Of a DNA stretch of 64,000 bases, positions 55,101 to 64,000 are shown piece by piece. The translations under genes and the position numbers were made by a program. The first letter of the stretch is position 1. Every line of letters starts with the position of its first letter. This DNA is from Naegleria gruberi (lineage: Eukaryota): the NCBI GenBank assembly GCA_000004985.1, contig GG738903.1; one strand, written 5' to 3'. The notes beneath the pieces were generated by a model that saw only the letters and a program-made list of their open reading frames with translations, had not been told where the DNA came from and made no database searches.

Positions 55101-55620
55101 CCATATCATTTGAATTTTCTGAATCTTCTTCATCGATTCTATCTACACACACCTCCAAAACTTCACTAATTGTCTTCAAAATATTCGAATCATAATTCGA
55201 ATCTTTAAATTGTTGTAAAATTTCTTCACAACCATTTTCGATAATTGAAATCAATTTCTGAGAAAGATTAAAATTATTCTCTGGTACAAAAATTGTAGAA
55301 GTATCCAATACTTCAGACATGTCATTTGCCAGAAAGAAACCTGTCATGTTTGTTGTTGGACGATCAATCAGAGTTTCGAATATATGTTCAGTGAAAGAAG
55401 AAAACTTGGCAGAAGATGTTGGTTGTTCCGTAGCAGTGGTAATATGTTGTGTAGAGGAGAAAATATCCGAATTATTGCTAACAGTAACTTTGGACCTTTC
55501 TGTTTCGTTTAAATTAGTTTCATTATTCGATGATGATGATGGAAACACATCTTGTAATGTTGGTTGTTCATGAATTGAAGATCCTTCATCATTGGAAGTG
55601 TGACTGTCAGCATCCTCCAT
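52108..55620 (-). CDS. formin (GBD/FH3 - FH1 - FH2), 1170 aa
   Basis: Uninterrupted ORF from a true ATG at 55620. An N-terminal armadillo-like GBD/FH3. A coiled coil. A proline-rich FH1 (PPEVPVIPQPPVTTGVPLPPGMNSGIPLPPSGSNSCPTPP). A C-terminal FH2 domain (about 420 aa) that is collinear and homologous, by eye, with that of the formin at 59666..63805. Confidence 0.85.
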   Translation of the reverse strand: MEDADSHTSNDEGSSIHEQPTLQDVFPSSSSNNETNLNETERSKVTVSNNSDIFSSTQHITTATEQPTSSAKFSSFTEHIFETLIDRPTTNMTGFFLANDMSEVLDTSTIFVPENNFNLSQKLISIIENGCEEILQQFKDSNYDSNILKTISEVLEVCVDRIDEEDSENSNDMAKDSKYSKWISDFLTGGGLTMMTTSLDHSELVSDKINKDRIPLEVHFLKCTQKLLDASEFSREFFLKDRDALRALVLILDCESLELRAEALLLLTAILNIHIENVDTHALILENFYLFKKIKSEPKRFHFLGKSFNDLANLENHAEEILCKGNSKQYIMALMVFFNGLISKSPNEGIKSMIVKELKGLGMHTSAKQIHLRIEEIIDDLDIDLGKEPIYSNVLLQVGAFEKHFSKYYHDTCLGILEDVDTTNPIEISKSISSYLTSLSNESNQINNIFVNSLNTMLRLTKFGVIKNQSVGEIYNSWKTIDRILKIAINEDKVTFTTETEIEQRKDIEQMRQYILKLENENAKLETQKTNLEKKVKKQEQDDFNKNIINNATSLDEEKPEQVNQHVVETVVSQLQEQSAKPVEISQLQPVENISTSATPPEVPVIPQPPVTTGVPLPPGMNSGIPLPPSGSNSCPTPPVGNVGALSDLPQLPKAKPSTATKPIFLERILNTEVKKTIFVEKKLAENTNELIKKIDLESLGKTFQKVEISKKPAEKEKPANNKPKIEEVKVLDQNKSYMISIQLKSIKKLNKDETDEMKFARLRRGILQMDESYDTELVSCLSKCMPTSEEVESVTKTAEELENLPQNPMNVKVLGLVEKFIYEIRDIPFSLNRIAAWMFKFNLASTAMNIRNKLEIIIGACDQLQNSPSWLNLLSLVLTISNYLNTGNSKMQNLYGFKVSSLSVLEQVKSTDQKKTMIHVLCQLCQEKFPEILKLDSELSNIPKCAPMNFFLIREEIQQFKDEVDSVRKTFKLMESMKEKNLLDETDRFIEIIGPIIEMAETQIVKIDQLLTKAEHSLKSTQELFGEKDIMKDENPNGIPSTISDETLSESLKPHQNMEIEKRTLISIVAHFIQNMTKTHVIVQERREKELREARIQEKQRKKQVGSFFTNLKKLTVRQKMKNAFFGGLAVSHVSDDDHLFSVASSKKPLSCMELIAGQTIQVSSSSQF

Positions 55621-55865
55621 TGTTCTACTTATTTTTTTTAATGAAAGTTGACTGGAGTAATGAAACGTCCAACATCAATCACAATTTTCATTGTCAAAAT
55701 TTGGTAACAAGCAATACAAGCTTTCAAGTGAAAACCATTTTATGAAGAGGTCAGTAAAATTCCTTAGTATTAAGAGTTTCGAATATAAGAACAAGGAACA
55801 CATTCCTTTGATCATCAAGGAACATAAAAAAAACAAAAAATCAAAAATTGTAAAAAATCAAAAAA

Positions 55866-56651
55866 ATGATAAAATTTCTTTCTTCGTTTTTTCAAAGTCA
55901 AACAAGCACGACAATTAATTCAACTGAAATCGATCAAGTTTATAAAAATCCCGATTCGAATATTCTTGAAAAGGTACCTGCGGAAATTATTGTAAAAATT
56001 ATGAGTTATCTACTCGTAAATGATGTGAATTATTTTGGTCAATCGTGTCGAGTTTATTTTACTTTATTATTTGGACAAGATTTATCGAGATTGAAATCAA
56101 TTCAACAAATTAAAAAGAGTTTCGTCTGGAGAAATATGGAAGAAATATTAAAATGCAATGAATTGAAGAAGGAATATGAAAAAGATGAGCTGGCAGTAAT
56201 GATTCAAACCCAAATATGGAAACCTTTAGTTTCGTATTATTTTCCTCAATTTGTTTCAACATTGAACATCAAAAATTGGATGCATGTACTAAGGAGAAGG
56301 ATAACTCATTTAATAGTTCATCATTCATCGAGTCTTCCTGTCAAAAAACACTTTCCATCTGAACCATTTAAGGAAATCAAAACTTTGGATGATTTTATGA
56401 CCTATCCACGAGATACAGTATTGCCATTAGTTTCTTTCATTGAAAACTGTTCAGACTGGGAATACGAATGTCCCTTAAAGAATGCCAAAATGTCATTTGT
56501 CTCTCAACAAGTCAATTTCTGTCATGTCTGTAAAGAAAATGTTTATGAAGTGAGAAGTGAGGATCAATTTATCGAACACGTTGAGAAGGGTCATTGTGTG
56601 GCTTATGGAATGACTGGTGTTTCTATTAAGGGAAAGAGAAAATTCAAGTAA
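55866..56651 (+). CDS. F-box-like protein with a C-terminal Cys/His cluster (261 aa)
   Basis: VPAEIIVKIMSYLLVNDVNYFGQSCRVYFTLL is F-box-like. The C-terminus has CPLKN...CHVCKEN...HVEKGHC. It is diverged 245 bp from the formin start. Confidence 0.5.
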   Translation: MIKFLSSFFQSQTSTTINSTEIDQVYKNPDSNILEKVPAEIIVKIMSYLLVNDVNYFGQSCRVYFTLLFGQDLSRLKSIQQIKKSFVWRNMEEILKCNELKKEYEKDELAVMIQTQIWKPLVSYYFPQFVSTLNIKNWMHVLRRRITHLIVHHSSSLPVKKHFPSEPFKEIKTLDDFMTYPRDTVLPLVSFIENCSDWEYECPLKNAKMSFVSQQVNFCHVCKENVYEVRSEDQFIEHVEKGHCVAYGMTGVSIKGKRKFK

Positions 56652-57036
56652 AGAAGAAAATGGTTAATTCTCAATCCATAACTTAGAAACCTTTTGTGAA
56701 AATGAATAGTTTTAATATCATATCTTGATATTATAAAGTAATAAAATTTGGAACCAAATGGTATTGGATTAAATCTTCAAGGAAATTTTATTCCGAACAA
56801 ATTCCGAAAAAAATGGTTAGCGTCATTCCGAGGTTTTTGAGCCAAAAATAATTCGGAAGCTTTTTGATGGTGATGAAGTTTATTTTCGGGATGTGTGTTT
56901 TGGAGAGTAGTATTTAAGTGATGACACCAATCTCAAATTGAAAATAACAATCAAGAAAAAAGAAGCAATTCAACAATTGAAAGCGAAACAAGCTAACTTG
57001 TAAATAATAATAGTAAATAGTAATAATAACAACAAG

Positions 57037-58983
57037 ATGTCATCTGCTGAAGTATTTGATGGAGCTATTGGTATTGATTTGGGAACAACTTATTCATGTG
57101 TTGGTGTTTATATGGGAGATAATGTAGAAATCATTCCGAATGATCAAGGTAATAGAACAACACCTTCCTATGTTGCATTCACTGATGAAGAACGTTTAAT
57201 TGGTGATGCTGCCAAGAATCAAGTTGCAATGAATCCACACAATACAGTATTTGATGCTAAACGTTTAATTGGTAGAAAGTTTTCCGACTCAACAGTTCAA
57301 GATGATATGAAACATTGGCCATTCAAGGTCATTACAAAGAGTGATGAGAAACCATACATTCAAGTTGAATACAAAGGAGAATCACATGTTTTCACACCAG
57401 AACAAATCTCATCCATGGTCTTGACTAAAATGAAGGATATTTCAGAACAATATTTGGGTAAACAAGTCAAGAAGGCAGTCATTACAGTTCCTGCCTATTT
57501 CAACGATTCACAAAGACAAGCAACCAAGGATGCTGGTGCAATTGCTGGTTTGGAAGTTTTGAGAATTATCAATGAACCAACAGCTGCTGCCATTGCTTAT
57601 GGTTTGAATAAGAAGGGTGAGAGAAATGTTTTGATTTTCGATTTGGGTGGTGGTACTTTTGATGTTTCAATTTTGAATATTGAGGATGGTGTTTTTGAAG
57701 TGAAAGCCACTGCTGGTGATACCCACTTGGGAGGAGAAGATTTTGATAACTTGATGGTTCAATTCTGCTGTCAAGAATTTAAGAGAAAGTACAAGAAGGA
57801 TATTCAAGAAAATCCAAGAGCATTAAGAAGATTGAGAACTGCTTGTGAAAGAGCCAAGAGAAATTTATCATCAGCTGCTAACGCTTCAATTAATGTTGAT
57901 TCAATTATGGACGGAATTGATTTGGATATTTCAATGACTCGTGCTAAATTTGAACAATTGAATATGGACTTGTTTAAGAAGTGTTTCGAACCAGTCAAGA
58001 AGGTTTTACAAGATTCAGGATTGGACAAGGCACAAATTGATGATGTTGTTTTGGTTGGTGGTTCAACACGTATTCCAAAAGTTCAAGAAATGCTCAGAGA
58101 ATTCTTCAACGGTAAAGAATTGTGCAGATCAATTAATCCAGATGAAGCTGTAGCTTATGGTGCTGCAGTTCAAGGTGGTGTTTTAACTGGTAAGGAAACC
58201 AAAGTCTTACTGATCGATGTTACTCCACTTTCATTGGGTATTGAAACAGCTGGTGGTGTCATGACCAAATTGATTGAAAGAAATTCAACCATTCCATGTA
58301 AGAAATCTGAAATCTTCTCAACCTATGCTGATAATCAAACAGCAGTCACTATTCAAGTCTTTGAAGGAGAAAGAACCTTGACAAAGGATAATCACTTGTT
58401 GGGAAGATTTAACTTGGAAGGTATTCCACCAGCACCAAGAGGTGTTCCAAAGATTGAAGTCACATTTGAAATTGATTCTAATGGTATTATGAAAGTTTCT
58501 GCCAAGGATACTTCATCTGGTAAGACACAAAACATTACCATCAAGAATGAACAAGGACGTTTGAGTAAGGAAGAAATTGAAGAAATGGTCAAGAAGGCCA
58601 AGGAAATGGAACAATTTGATAAGGAATTGAAAGAAAAGATTGATGCCAAGAATCAATTAGAGGCCTACGCCTATCAAATGAAATCCACTGCTGATGATCC
58701 AAACTTGTCTGGTAAATTATCAGATGCTGATAAGAATACCATCAAGAAGACATGTGAGGAAGTTATTAATTGGTTAGATAATAATTCTACCTATTCAAAG
58801 GATGATATTGAAAAGAAAAGAAAAGAATTGGAAGGTAAATGTGCACCAATTGTTAGCAAGCTGTATCAACAAGGAGCTGGTCAACCAGAATTCACACCAA
58901 ATGGAGCAAACTTTACCTCATCAGGTAATACTTCCAGTGGTTCTGAATCAAAGCCAAAGTTTGAAGATGTTGATGTTGATTAA
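57037..58983 (+). CDS. HSP70: cytosolic HSP70 (DnaK family), 648 aa, no introns
   Basis: [22 protein letters not shown], the canonical nucleotide-binding and substrate-binding domains, and a GGMP-free G/S-rich tail. The C-terminus ends FEDVDVD rather than EEVD. Confidence 0.95.
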   Translation: MSSAEVFDGAIGIDLGTTYSCVGVYMGDNVEIIPNDQGNRTTPSYVAFTDEERLIGDAAKNQVAMNPHNTVFDAKRLIGRKFSDSTVQDDMKHWPFKVITKSDEKPYIQVEYKGESHVFTPEQISSMVLTKMKDISEQYLGKQVKKAVITVPAYFNDSQRQATKDAGAIAGLEVLRIINEPTAAAIAYGLNKKGERNVLIFDLGGGTFDVSILNIEDGVFEVKATAGDTHLGGEDFDNLMVQFCCQEFKRKYKKDIQENPRALRRLRTACERAKRNLSSAANASINVDSIMDGIDLDISMTRAKFEQLNMDLFKKCFEPVKKVLQDSGLDKAQIDDVVLVGGSTRIPKVQEMLREFFNGKELCRSINPDEAVAYGAAVQGGVLTGKETKVLLIDVTPLSLGIETAGGVMTKLIERNSTIPCKKSEIFSTYADNQTAVTIQVFEGERTLTKDNHLLGRFNLEGIPPAPRGVPKIEVTFEIDSNGIMKVSAKDTSSGKTQNITIKNEQGRLSKEEIEEMVKKAKEMEQFDKELKEKIDAKNQLEAYAYQMKSTADDPNLSGKLSDADKNTIKKTCEEVINWLDNNSTYSKDDIEKKRKELEGKCAPIVSKLYQQGAGQPEFTPNGANFTSSGNTSSGSESKPKFEDVDVD

Positions 58984-59221
58984 ATAAACAAACCATTTCT
59001 CATCTCTACCAACACTCGAGTTGATGCAACATTCTTAATTGAAGCGAAAAGGCAAAAGATTTCAAAGAGATACTACTCGCAAGATTTAAAATCGAAATAG
59101 ATAAGGACTTTAATGGAATTGTTTTCTGTAAAAAAGTTAACCCCGAAGAGATCAATATCCATTCTAATAAATTATCAGTTGATAATTTAATAGAGAAGTT
59201 GGGTTTGTTCAAAAGAAAAGA

Positions 59222-59599
59222 ATGGGAACAATGGATCGTTTATTTGATAATTTTATGAGATTGTACATTATATTGCTTACTGCGCAAACTAATCTAGAAC
59301 AAATGCAAGTTGACAATACTATCATTAGCAGAAATCAAGAACAGGAACTAAACCAAACTAGAAGTGAAGAATTTTCCACACACACAACAAACGGACTAGA
59401 TGTTTACACTGATTCGAATAGTGTCCTTTCTGATAATTTCTTGCAAAGTAAACCACTTGCAAGCACAAGACTTGTTGAAAGCTCACCGAAGACAGAATTG
59501 AATTTTGTACTGGTTAGTGCCTCAACCATTGCAGAGACATGTTATTTGAAAGTTAAAAGAGGTAGAGGAAGACCAAGAAAAAATAGCCTTAACAAATAG
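59222..59599 (+). CDS. small AT-hook protein (125 aa), paralog B
   Basis: MGTMDRLFDNFMRLYIILLTAQTNLEQMQVD ... ELNFVLVSASTIAETCYLKVKRGRGRPRKN. Same architecture as 30873..31286. Confidence 0.6.
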   Translation: MGTMDRLFDNFMRLYIILLTAQTNLEQMQVDNTIISRNQEQELNQTRSEEFSTHTTNGLDVYTDSNSVLSDNFLQSKPLASTRLVESSPKTELNFVLVSASTIAETCYLKVKRGRGRPRKNSLNK

Positions 59600-59665
59600 T
59601 TTTTCTCCAAATTCGAAACTAAAGTTTCTAAAAAAGTCAACAACATTATTATAAATTTAGATTAT

Positions 59666-62600
59666 TTATTTGAGTGAATCCATTAGATTTTTAGTTTCAG
59701 TTCTAGATTTCAACAATTGACCATTAGTAAGTCCCTTTGCAAGTAAGCCCATAAGATTATTTGGTTTCTTCTTAGTTTCTTCTTCCTTCTTAGCAAGATT
59801 CATTAATCCAGCAAAGAAATTGTTTGCATTCTTCTTTCTTTCTTCTTGCTGTTTTCCAAGCACTGACAAGAGTTTGTTTTCCTCATCACCAGTTGGAGTT
59901 TTGGCAGATGTTGGAGTGAGTGATGACAAGAGCGAGGTCTTTGATTTCAAACTTGACAGATCAAATGATGGGGATTGAGGAGTGGCATTGATAGATGGTT
60001 TAGTAAGCAAAGAAGTTGCAGTAGTTGATGAAGCTGCCTTCTTTCTTTGCATTAATAATTCCTTCTTCTTATCAAATCCAAGTTGTTTCTCATTCTTCTT
60101 TTTGGTTTCTTCTTGAAGTTTCTTTTGTTTTTCCTTTTCTTCCTTTTCTCTCTTGGCTTTCAAATCTTCACAGGCCTTATTCAAACTCTCGACAAAGTTG
60201 TGAATTTGAGTAAAGAATGTATCAGGTTTGTCAAGTAAATCTTGTGGCTTTTCGTCGAAGAGAGCTGCAATGAGTTTGAGATTTTCCTCAACAGTTGTTC
60301 TTGATTTTTCAATAATTTCCAATTGGTTTTGAGCTGTGCCGATGGTTTCTTCCATAACTTCGAGGAATCTATCTTTAGGATGGATATTCTTTTCCTTCTT
60401 CATCTTTTCAAAGAAGTTCTTGGTCTTTTTGGTATCTTCTTGGAGTTTCTTGATATCTTGGTCAATTGGAGCAAGTTGCAAACGAGTACATGTTTGTACA
60501 GATGACAAATCATTTGAAACTGTCAACAATTCAGGGAAATTATCTTGACACACTTGAGCCAAGTATTGAAGCATACTCTGCTTTGGATCTCTAGCTTTCA
60601 TAGTTTGCATCTTTTCGAGAGAACTAATCTTGAAACCATAAATGTTTTGCAACTTTTTGTTTGGAGCATGTTGATTGATATAGTTACCAATTGTCAAAAT
60701 GAGAGCCAAAATATCATGCAATTTGGTGGATGCTTGCAATTCCTTACAACCATTGAGCATTGAATCAAGTTTTGGTCTAATGGCAGAAATTCTGGAACCC
60801 AATTTGAGTTTAAAGTCCCACGATTGAACTCTTGTCAATGGAGATGGAATATCCAATAAGAAGGTGAAGAATGTTTCAGCCATTGGAATAACCTTCTTTG
60901 GTGCATCTGGATCCTCAGAAACTTCCTCTTCCTTGGTATCATCAAGATATTTCTGAATAACTGGAATTTCCTCATCGAGTGGCATGCAACCACTCAAAAC
61001 TTCAATGTTATTATCATCGACTGTCTTTTCGTCCATTTCAATGATGGCATTTCTGTAACGAGCACATTTCATTTGATCAGTTTCTGAATTATCCAACTTT
61101 TTAAGAGCAGAGAATTGAATGGAAATGTTATTCGAACGTTTACCATCAATTAAAATGATTTCTTCGACCTTTTTCTTTGCTGGTTGATCGGTGGCAATTG
61201 CCTTTTCCTCAACTTTTTCAAAAGCTTCCTCAATAGTTCCCAAATCAATCTTCTTAATCCATTCATTTGTCTTTTCAGCAATTCCATTCTTGATAAAGAT
61301 TGTTTGTTGAATGTTGGTTTGTGGAATTGTGTCAAAGAAGAAAACCTTGGTCTTTCTTCTTGGTTTAGCATTTGGTAATGTTGGAAGAACTGGTTTCTTG
61401 ACACCAGGAAGCATTCCCATTCCAGGTGGAGGAGGCATTCCAGGTAAACCACCCATTCCAGGTGGAGGTGGCATTCCCATACCTGGAGGCATTGGAACAC
61501 CTGAACCTGGAGGCATTGGAATTCCAGGTAAACCACCAGGTGGAGGAGGAACACCCATTCCTGGTGGCATTGGAATACCTGAACCAGGTGGAGGAGGAAT
61601 TCCCATACCAGGAGGCATTGGAATGCCTGAACCAGGAGGTGGTGGAACGCCCATTCCTGGTGGCATTGGAATACCAGATCCAGGTGGAGGAGGAACACCA
61701 GATCCACTTGGCAAACCACCAGGTGGAGGAGGAACAAATCCAGTTGAACCAGGTGGAGGAGGAACACCACCAGTAGCACCTGTCTCACTTGGTAATTTCA
61801 AATTATTGACCTTCATGAATTCTTCCAATTGCATAGCTCTCTGGTTGATGACACGAATTTCCTTGATTTGAACTTCAAGTTTTTCCTTTTCAGCTTCAGC
61901 TTCCTTCAACTTATCGGTCAAGGTCAAATTTTCTTCCTTAGATTTGGTCAATTCAAGTTTGAGAGTTTCTTCTTTGGAAAGATTAGTCACAGCATTCATG
62001 AATGATGAAAGAGTTTGTTTACGTTTCTTTGAACGTTCCTCAGCATCTCTCTTCTCGAGCTCTTGCTTTTGTTGGAAGAGCTCCTTCTTCATGTTCATAA
62101 TTTCATTTTCCAAGTCCAAAATTGTACGTTGTTGAGTCTTGACCAAACCATCGAGTTCAATTTCCTTTTCTGTTGTGAATTTGACCTTATCTTCTTTGAT
62201 GGCTACTTTCAAAAGGTTTTCAACAGTTGCCCATGATTTGTTAATTTCTTCAATTTCTATACCTTTAGACTTGCTGATAATTCCAAATTTGGTCAATTTC
62301 AACATGGAATTCAAAATATTTACAAAGCTGTTGTGAGCAGAGCTTGAAGAGCTAGCTTCATCATCCTTATTCAAGGTAATCAAGTAATTTGAAATTGATC
62401 TGGCAATATCAATAGGGCTACTAAGATCAATTTCATCCAAATCCTTGATGGAGGAAGATTCCTCATCGTGTTCTTCAGCAAATGAATTGAAAACACTTTC
62501 GAATGCCTTGATTTGTAAGAAAATATTCGAGAGTGGAGATTCCTCATCGTCCTTATCAATATTTTGCTCCTCAGCCAATACCTCATACTTCAAGTAAATG

Positions 62601-63805
62601 TACTTTACAGCCATGTGAAGTCCCAAATTCTTCCATTCACGCATCAATGAGATTCTAACACCTTCATTTGGAGAAACAGAGATCAATGAATTGAAAAAGA
62701 TCATGGTTGTCAAGACATAGGAAGCAATTGCTCCATTAAACATGTCATCAACTTCCAAATTTTCACCAGCCAAAAAGTTTAAACTATCAATCAAGAAATG
62801 GAAACGTTTTGGTTCTCTCTTGATCAATTTAAAGCTTGTCAATGCGTCAAGAATCAATTCGAAACCATCCATATTCTCAACATTCAAATTCATAATCACA
62901 GAAAGCAAAAGCAAAATTTGTGATCTCAATTCCAATGAATTGGAATCCAAAGTAAGAACCAAAGTTCTCAAAATATCCTTGTTCTTAAAGAAACAACCTC
63001 TAGCATAATCGGAAGTATTCAAAATTGTTTCAATACACTTTAAACAGTAAACTTCCTTTGTTTCCTTCTCTTCATCTGCAGAAGTTGACAATGCAGTCGA
63101 TGCCAAACAATCTGCCAATGAAGTGAGACCTCCCTCATTCAAGAAACCTCTCAACCACACTGAGTACTTGACCTCTTCAGAAGTTGTTGAAATTTCCAGT
63201 AAACTTTGATCTTCTTCAGCTGAAAGAGTTGAACAAATTGTCAACACTTCAGAAATTGTCTTTAACTGCAACAAATCAAAATTTCTCTCTGTAAACTTTT
63301 TGATAATCAAAGAGGGACTTGCATTGATAGCTTTCAATGTCAATTGTTCTTGTTTGTTCAAGTGATTTTCTTTGATTAAATTGTCTTCCTCTTCTTCTTT
63401 ACTAATTTGCTTTGGAGGAGTGGCATCTTTCTTTCCGAACATACCACCCATCAATTTTTGAATTCCTGACATTCTCTTTGAACTAACAGAAACTCTAGGT
63501 GAAAGCATATCAAGAAAATTATTCGAATCCAACGTTGGAGAAGTAACTTTTGGAGTTGTCTTCTCCTCATGAACCTCCTCACCAAACACCATATCACCAG
63601 TAAATGCACTAAAATTACCAGATCTTCTCTTATTAGCAGCAAAATTCAATGAAGATGGAGTAATTGACTCAACATTGAGTGTATCAAAACATGAAGATGA
63701 TGATGACAATGATTTGGAATTGGGTGGTGTTGATTGATTGGTTGTTGGAGGAGAGGTTTTCCTTCCAGAACCATTACCATTAGCAGAACCAGAACCAGCA
63801 AACAT
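59666..63805 (-). CDS. formin (GBD/FH3 - FH1 - FH2), 1379 aa, with an expanded FH1
   Basis: Uninterrupted ORF from a true ATG at 63805. The FH1 has at least 9 PPPPG/PMPPGMG units (GVPPPPGSGIPMPPGMGVPPPPGSGIPMPPGM...). It is followed by an FH2 and a K/E-rich coiled-coil tail. A paralog of 52108..55620 on the same strand, 4 kb away. Confidence 0.85.
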   Translation of the reverse strand: MFAGSGSANGNGSGRKTSPPTTNQSTPPNSKSLSSSSSCFDTLNVESITPSSLNFAANKRRSGNFSAFTGDMVFGEEVHEEKTTPKVTSPTLDSNNFLDMLSPRVSVSSKRMSGIQKLMGGMFGKKDATPPKQISKEEEEDNLIKENHLNKQEQLTLKAINASPSLIIKKFTERNFDLLQLKTISEVLTICSTLSAEEDQSLLEISTTSEEVKYSVWLRGFLNEGGLTSLADCLASTALSTSADEEKETKEVYCLKCIETILNTSDYARGCFFKNKDILRTLVLTLDSNSLELRSQILLLLSVIMNLNVENMDGFELILDALTSFKLIKREPKRFHFLIDSLNFLAGENLEVDDMFNGAIASYVLTTMIFFNSLISVSPNEGVRISLMREWKNLGLHMAVKYIYLKYEVLAEEQNIDKDDEESPLSNIFLQIKAFESVFNSFAEEHDEESSSIKDLDEIDLSSPIDIARSISNYLITLNKDDEASSSSSAHNSFVNILNSMLKLTKFGIISKSKGIEIEEINKSWATVENLLKVAIKEDKVKFTTEKEIELDGLVKTQQRTILDLENEIMNMKKELFQQKQELEKRDAEERSKKRKQTLSSFMNAVTNLSKEETLKLELTKSKEENLTLTDKLKEAEAEKEKLEVQIKEIRVINQRAMQLEEFMKVNNLKLPSETGATGGVPPPPGSTGFVPPPPGGLPSGSGVPPPPGSGIPMPPGMGVPPPPGSGIPMPPGMGIPPPPGSGIPMPPGMGVPPPPGGLPGIPMPPGSGVPMPPGMGMPPPPGMGGLPGMPPPPGMGMLPGVKKPVLPTLPNAKPRRKTKVFFFDTIPQTNIQQTIFIKNGIAEKTNEWIKKIDLGTIEEAFEKVEEKAIATDQPAKKKVEEIILIDGKRSNNISIQFSALKKLDNSETDQMKCARYRNAIIEMDEKTVDDNNIEVLSGCMPLDEEIPVIQKYLDDTKEEEVSEDPDAPKKVIPMAETFFTFLLDIPSPLTRVQSWDFKLKLGSRISAIRPKLDSMLNGCKELQASTKLHDILALILTIGNYINQHAPNKKLQNIYGFKISSLEKMQTMKARDPKQSMLQYLAQVCQDNFPELLTVSNDLSSVQTCTRLQLAPIDQDIKKLQEDTKKTKNFFEKMKKEKNIHPKDRFLEVMEETIGTAQNQLEIIEKSRTTVEENLKLIAALFDEKPQDLLDKPDTFFTQIHNFVESLNKACEDLKAKREKEEKEKQKKLQEETKKKNEKQLGFDKKKELLMQRKKAASSTTATSLLTKPSINATPQSPSFDLSSLKSKTSLLSSLTPTSAKTPTGDEENKLLSVLGKQQEERKKNANNFFAGLMNLAKKEEETKKKPNNLMGLLAKGLTNGQLLKSRTETKNLMDSLK

Positions 63806-64000
63806 TTGTGCAAAGATGTTTGATGATGAGTTATTGTTGGAATTTGGAGATTTTGATGTTGTTGGATGTTGATGGGTTGTATTGGAGGAGGAGGAAGAAT
63901 GGAGGGGAATGAAATCTTGATTCCTTTTTGGAGATTCGTCTTCATTTGCTGGTGGAGAAGCTAATTTTACTTGGAAAGCTTCCTCTTCTTGTTTTTGATT

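Noticed and set aside
56760-56880. Possible heat-shock elements upstream of HSP70 (TTCaaGGAaaTTT, TTCcGAAcaaaTTCcGAA, TTCgGAAgc)
   Set aside because: Spacing between TTC and GAA units is 1 or 3-4 nt rather than the canonical 2 nt, and each candidate has 2 or more mismatches. Suggestive only.
61150-61871. Overlapping ORFs 61150..61788 (-) and 61311..61871 (+), rich in G/P or L/H/Q
   Set aside because: They are alternative-frame and antisense readings of the formin FH1 proline repeats (CCN/GGN periodicity). The formin frame is the one with domain homology.
1-64000. Prokaryotic interpretation of the track (TTG/GTG starts, operon-like blocks, defence-system hunt)
   Set aside because: Spliceosomal introns restore conserved motifs in at least 8 genes, and the gene content is eukaryotic (formins, XRN1, NF-YB, Rho with CAAX, Pol III tRNA genes with T-run terminators). 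CRISPR, RM or toxin-antitoxin calls would be inappropriate.

Overview
This window is nuclear DNA from an AT-rich eukaryote (roughly one third GC, estimated by eye), not a prokaryote. It uses the standard genetic code, with TAA, TAG and TGA all serving as stops. About 40 protein-coding genes are packed into 64 kb, roughly one per 1.6 kb, on both strands with short divergent promoters. Most genes have no introns; those that do have short ones of 37-194 nt with GTAAGT, GTATGT or GTAGGT donors and YAG acceptors. The supplied ORF track accepts TTG/GTG starts and ignores splicing, so it fragments at least eight genes (NF-YB, metallophosphoesterase, a Zn2Cys6 factor, cytochrome P450, XRN1, a PTGR-like oxidoreductase, an F-box-Rho GTPase and a low-complexity nuclear protein). 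I reassembled those by hand; a ninth (1261..2014) has an apparent +1 frame switch that a short intron or a frameshift could explain, and I could not resolve which. Secure calls are a cytosolic HSP70, the 5'-3' exoribonuclease XRN1, two neighbouring formins with proline-rich FH1 tracts, a mitofusin/FZO-like GTPase, a cytochrome P450, NF-YB, a PTGR-like reductase, Kelch and NHL beta-propellers, two lipase/esterase genes, and a prolyl-4-hydroxylase-like oxygenase. There is also an FCP1/NIF phosphatase, a Rho-family GTPase, a C2-domain poly-Q protein and a Sel1-like protein. Two intact Pol III tRNA genes (Gly-UCC, Asn-GUU) and one 5' tRNA-Lys fragment are present. The sequence alone does not identify the organism; the gene content and intron style fit an intron-poor protist or an early-diverging fungus. 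Observations worth a second look are listed in the findings: eight F-box(-like) genes in 64 kb (one fused to a Rho GTPase), a paralogous pair of small AT-hook proteins, a MITE-like inverted-repeat element with a perfect 32-bp hairpin beside tRNA-Gly, a 12-nt micro-exon, a truncated RPAC1-like pseudogene fragment, and a GAL4-type Zn2Cys6 factor.
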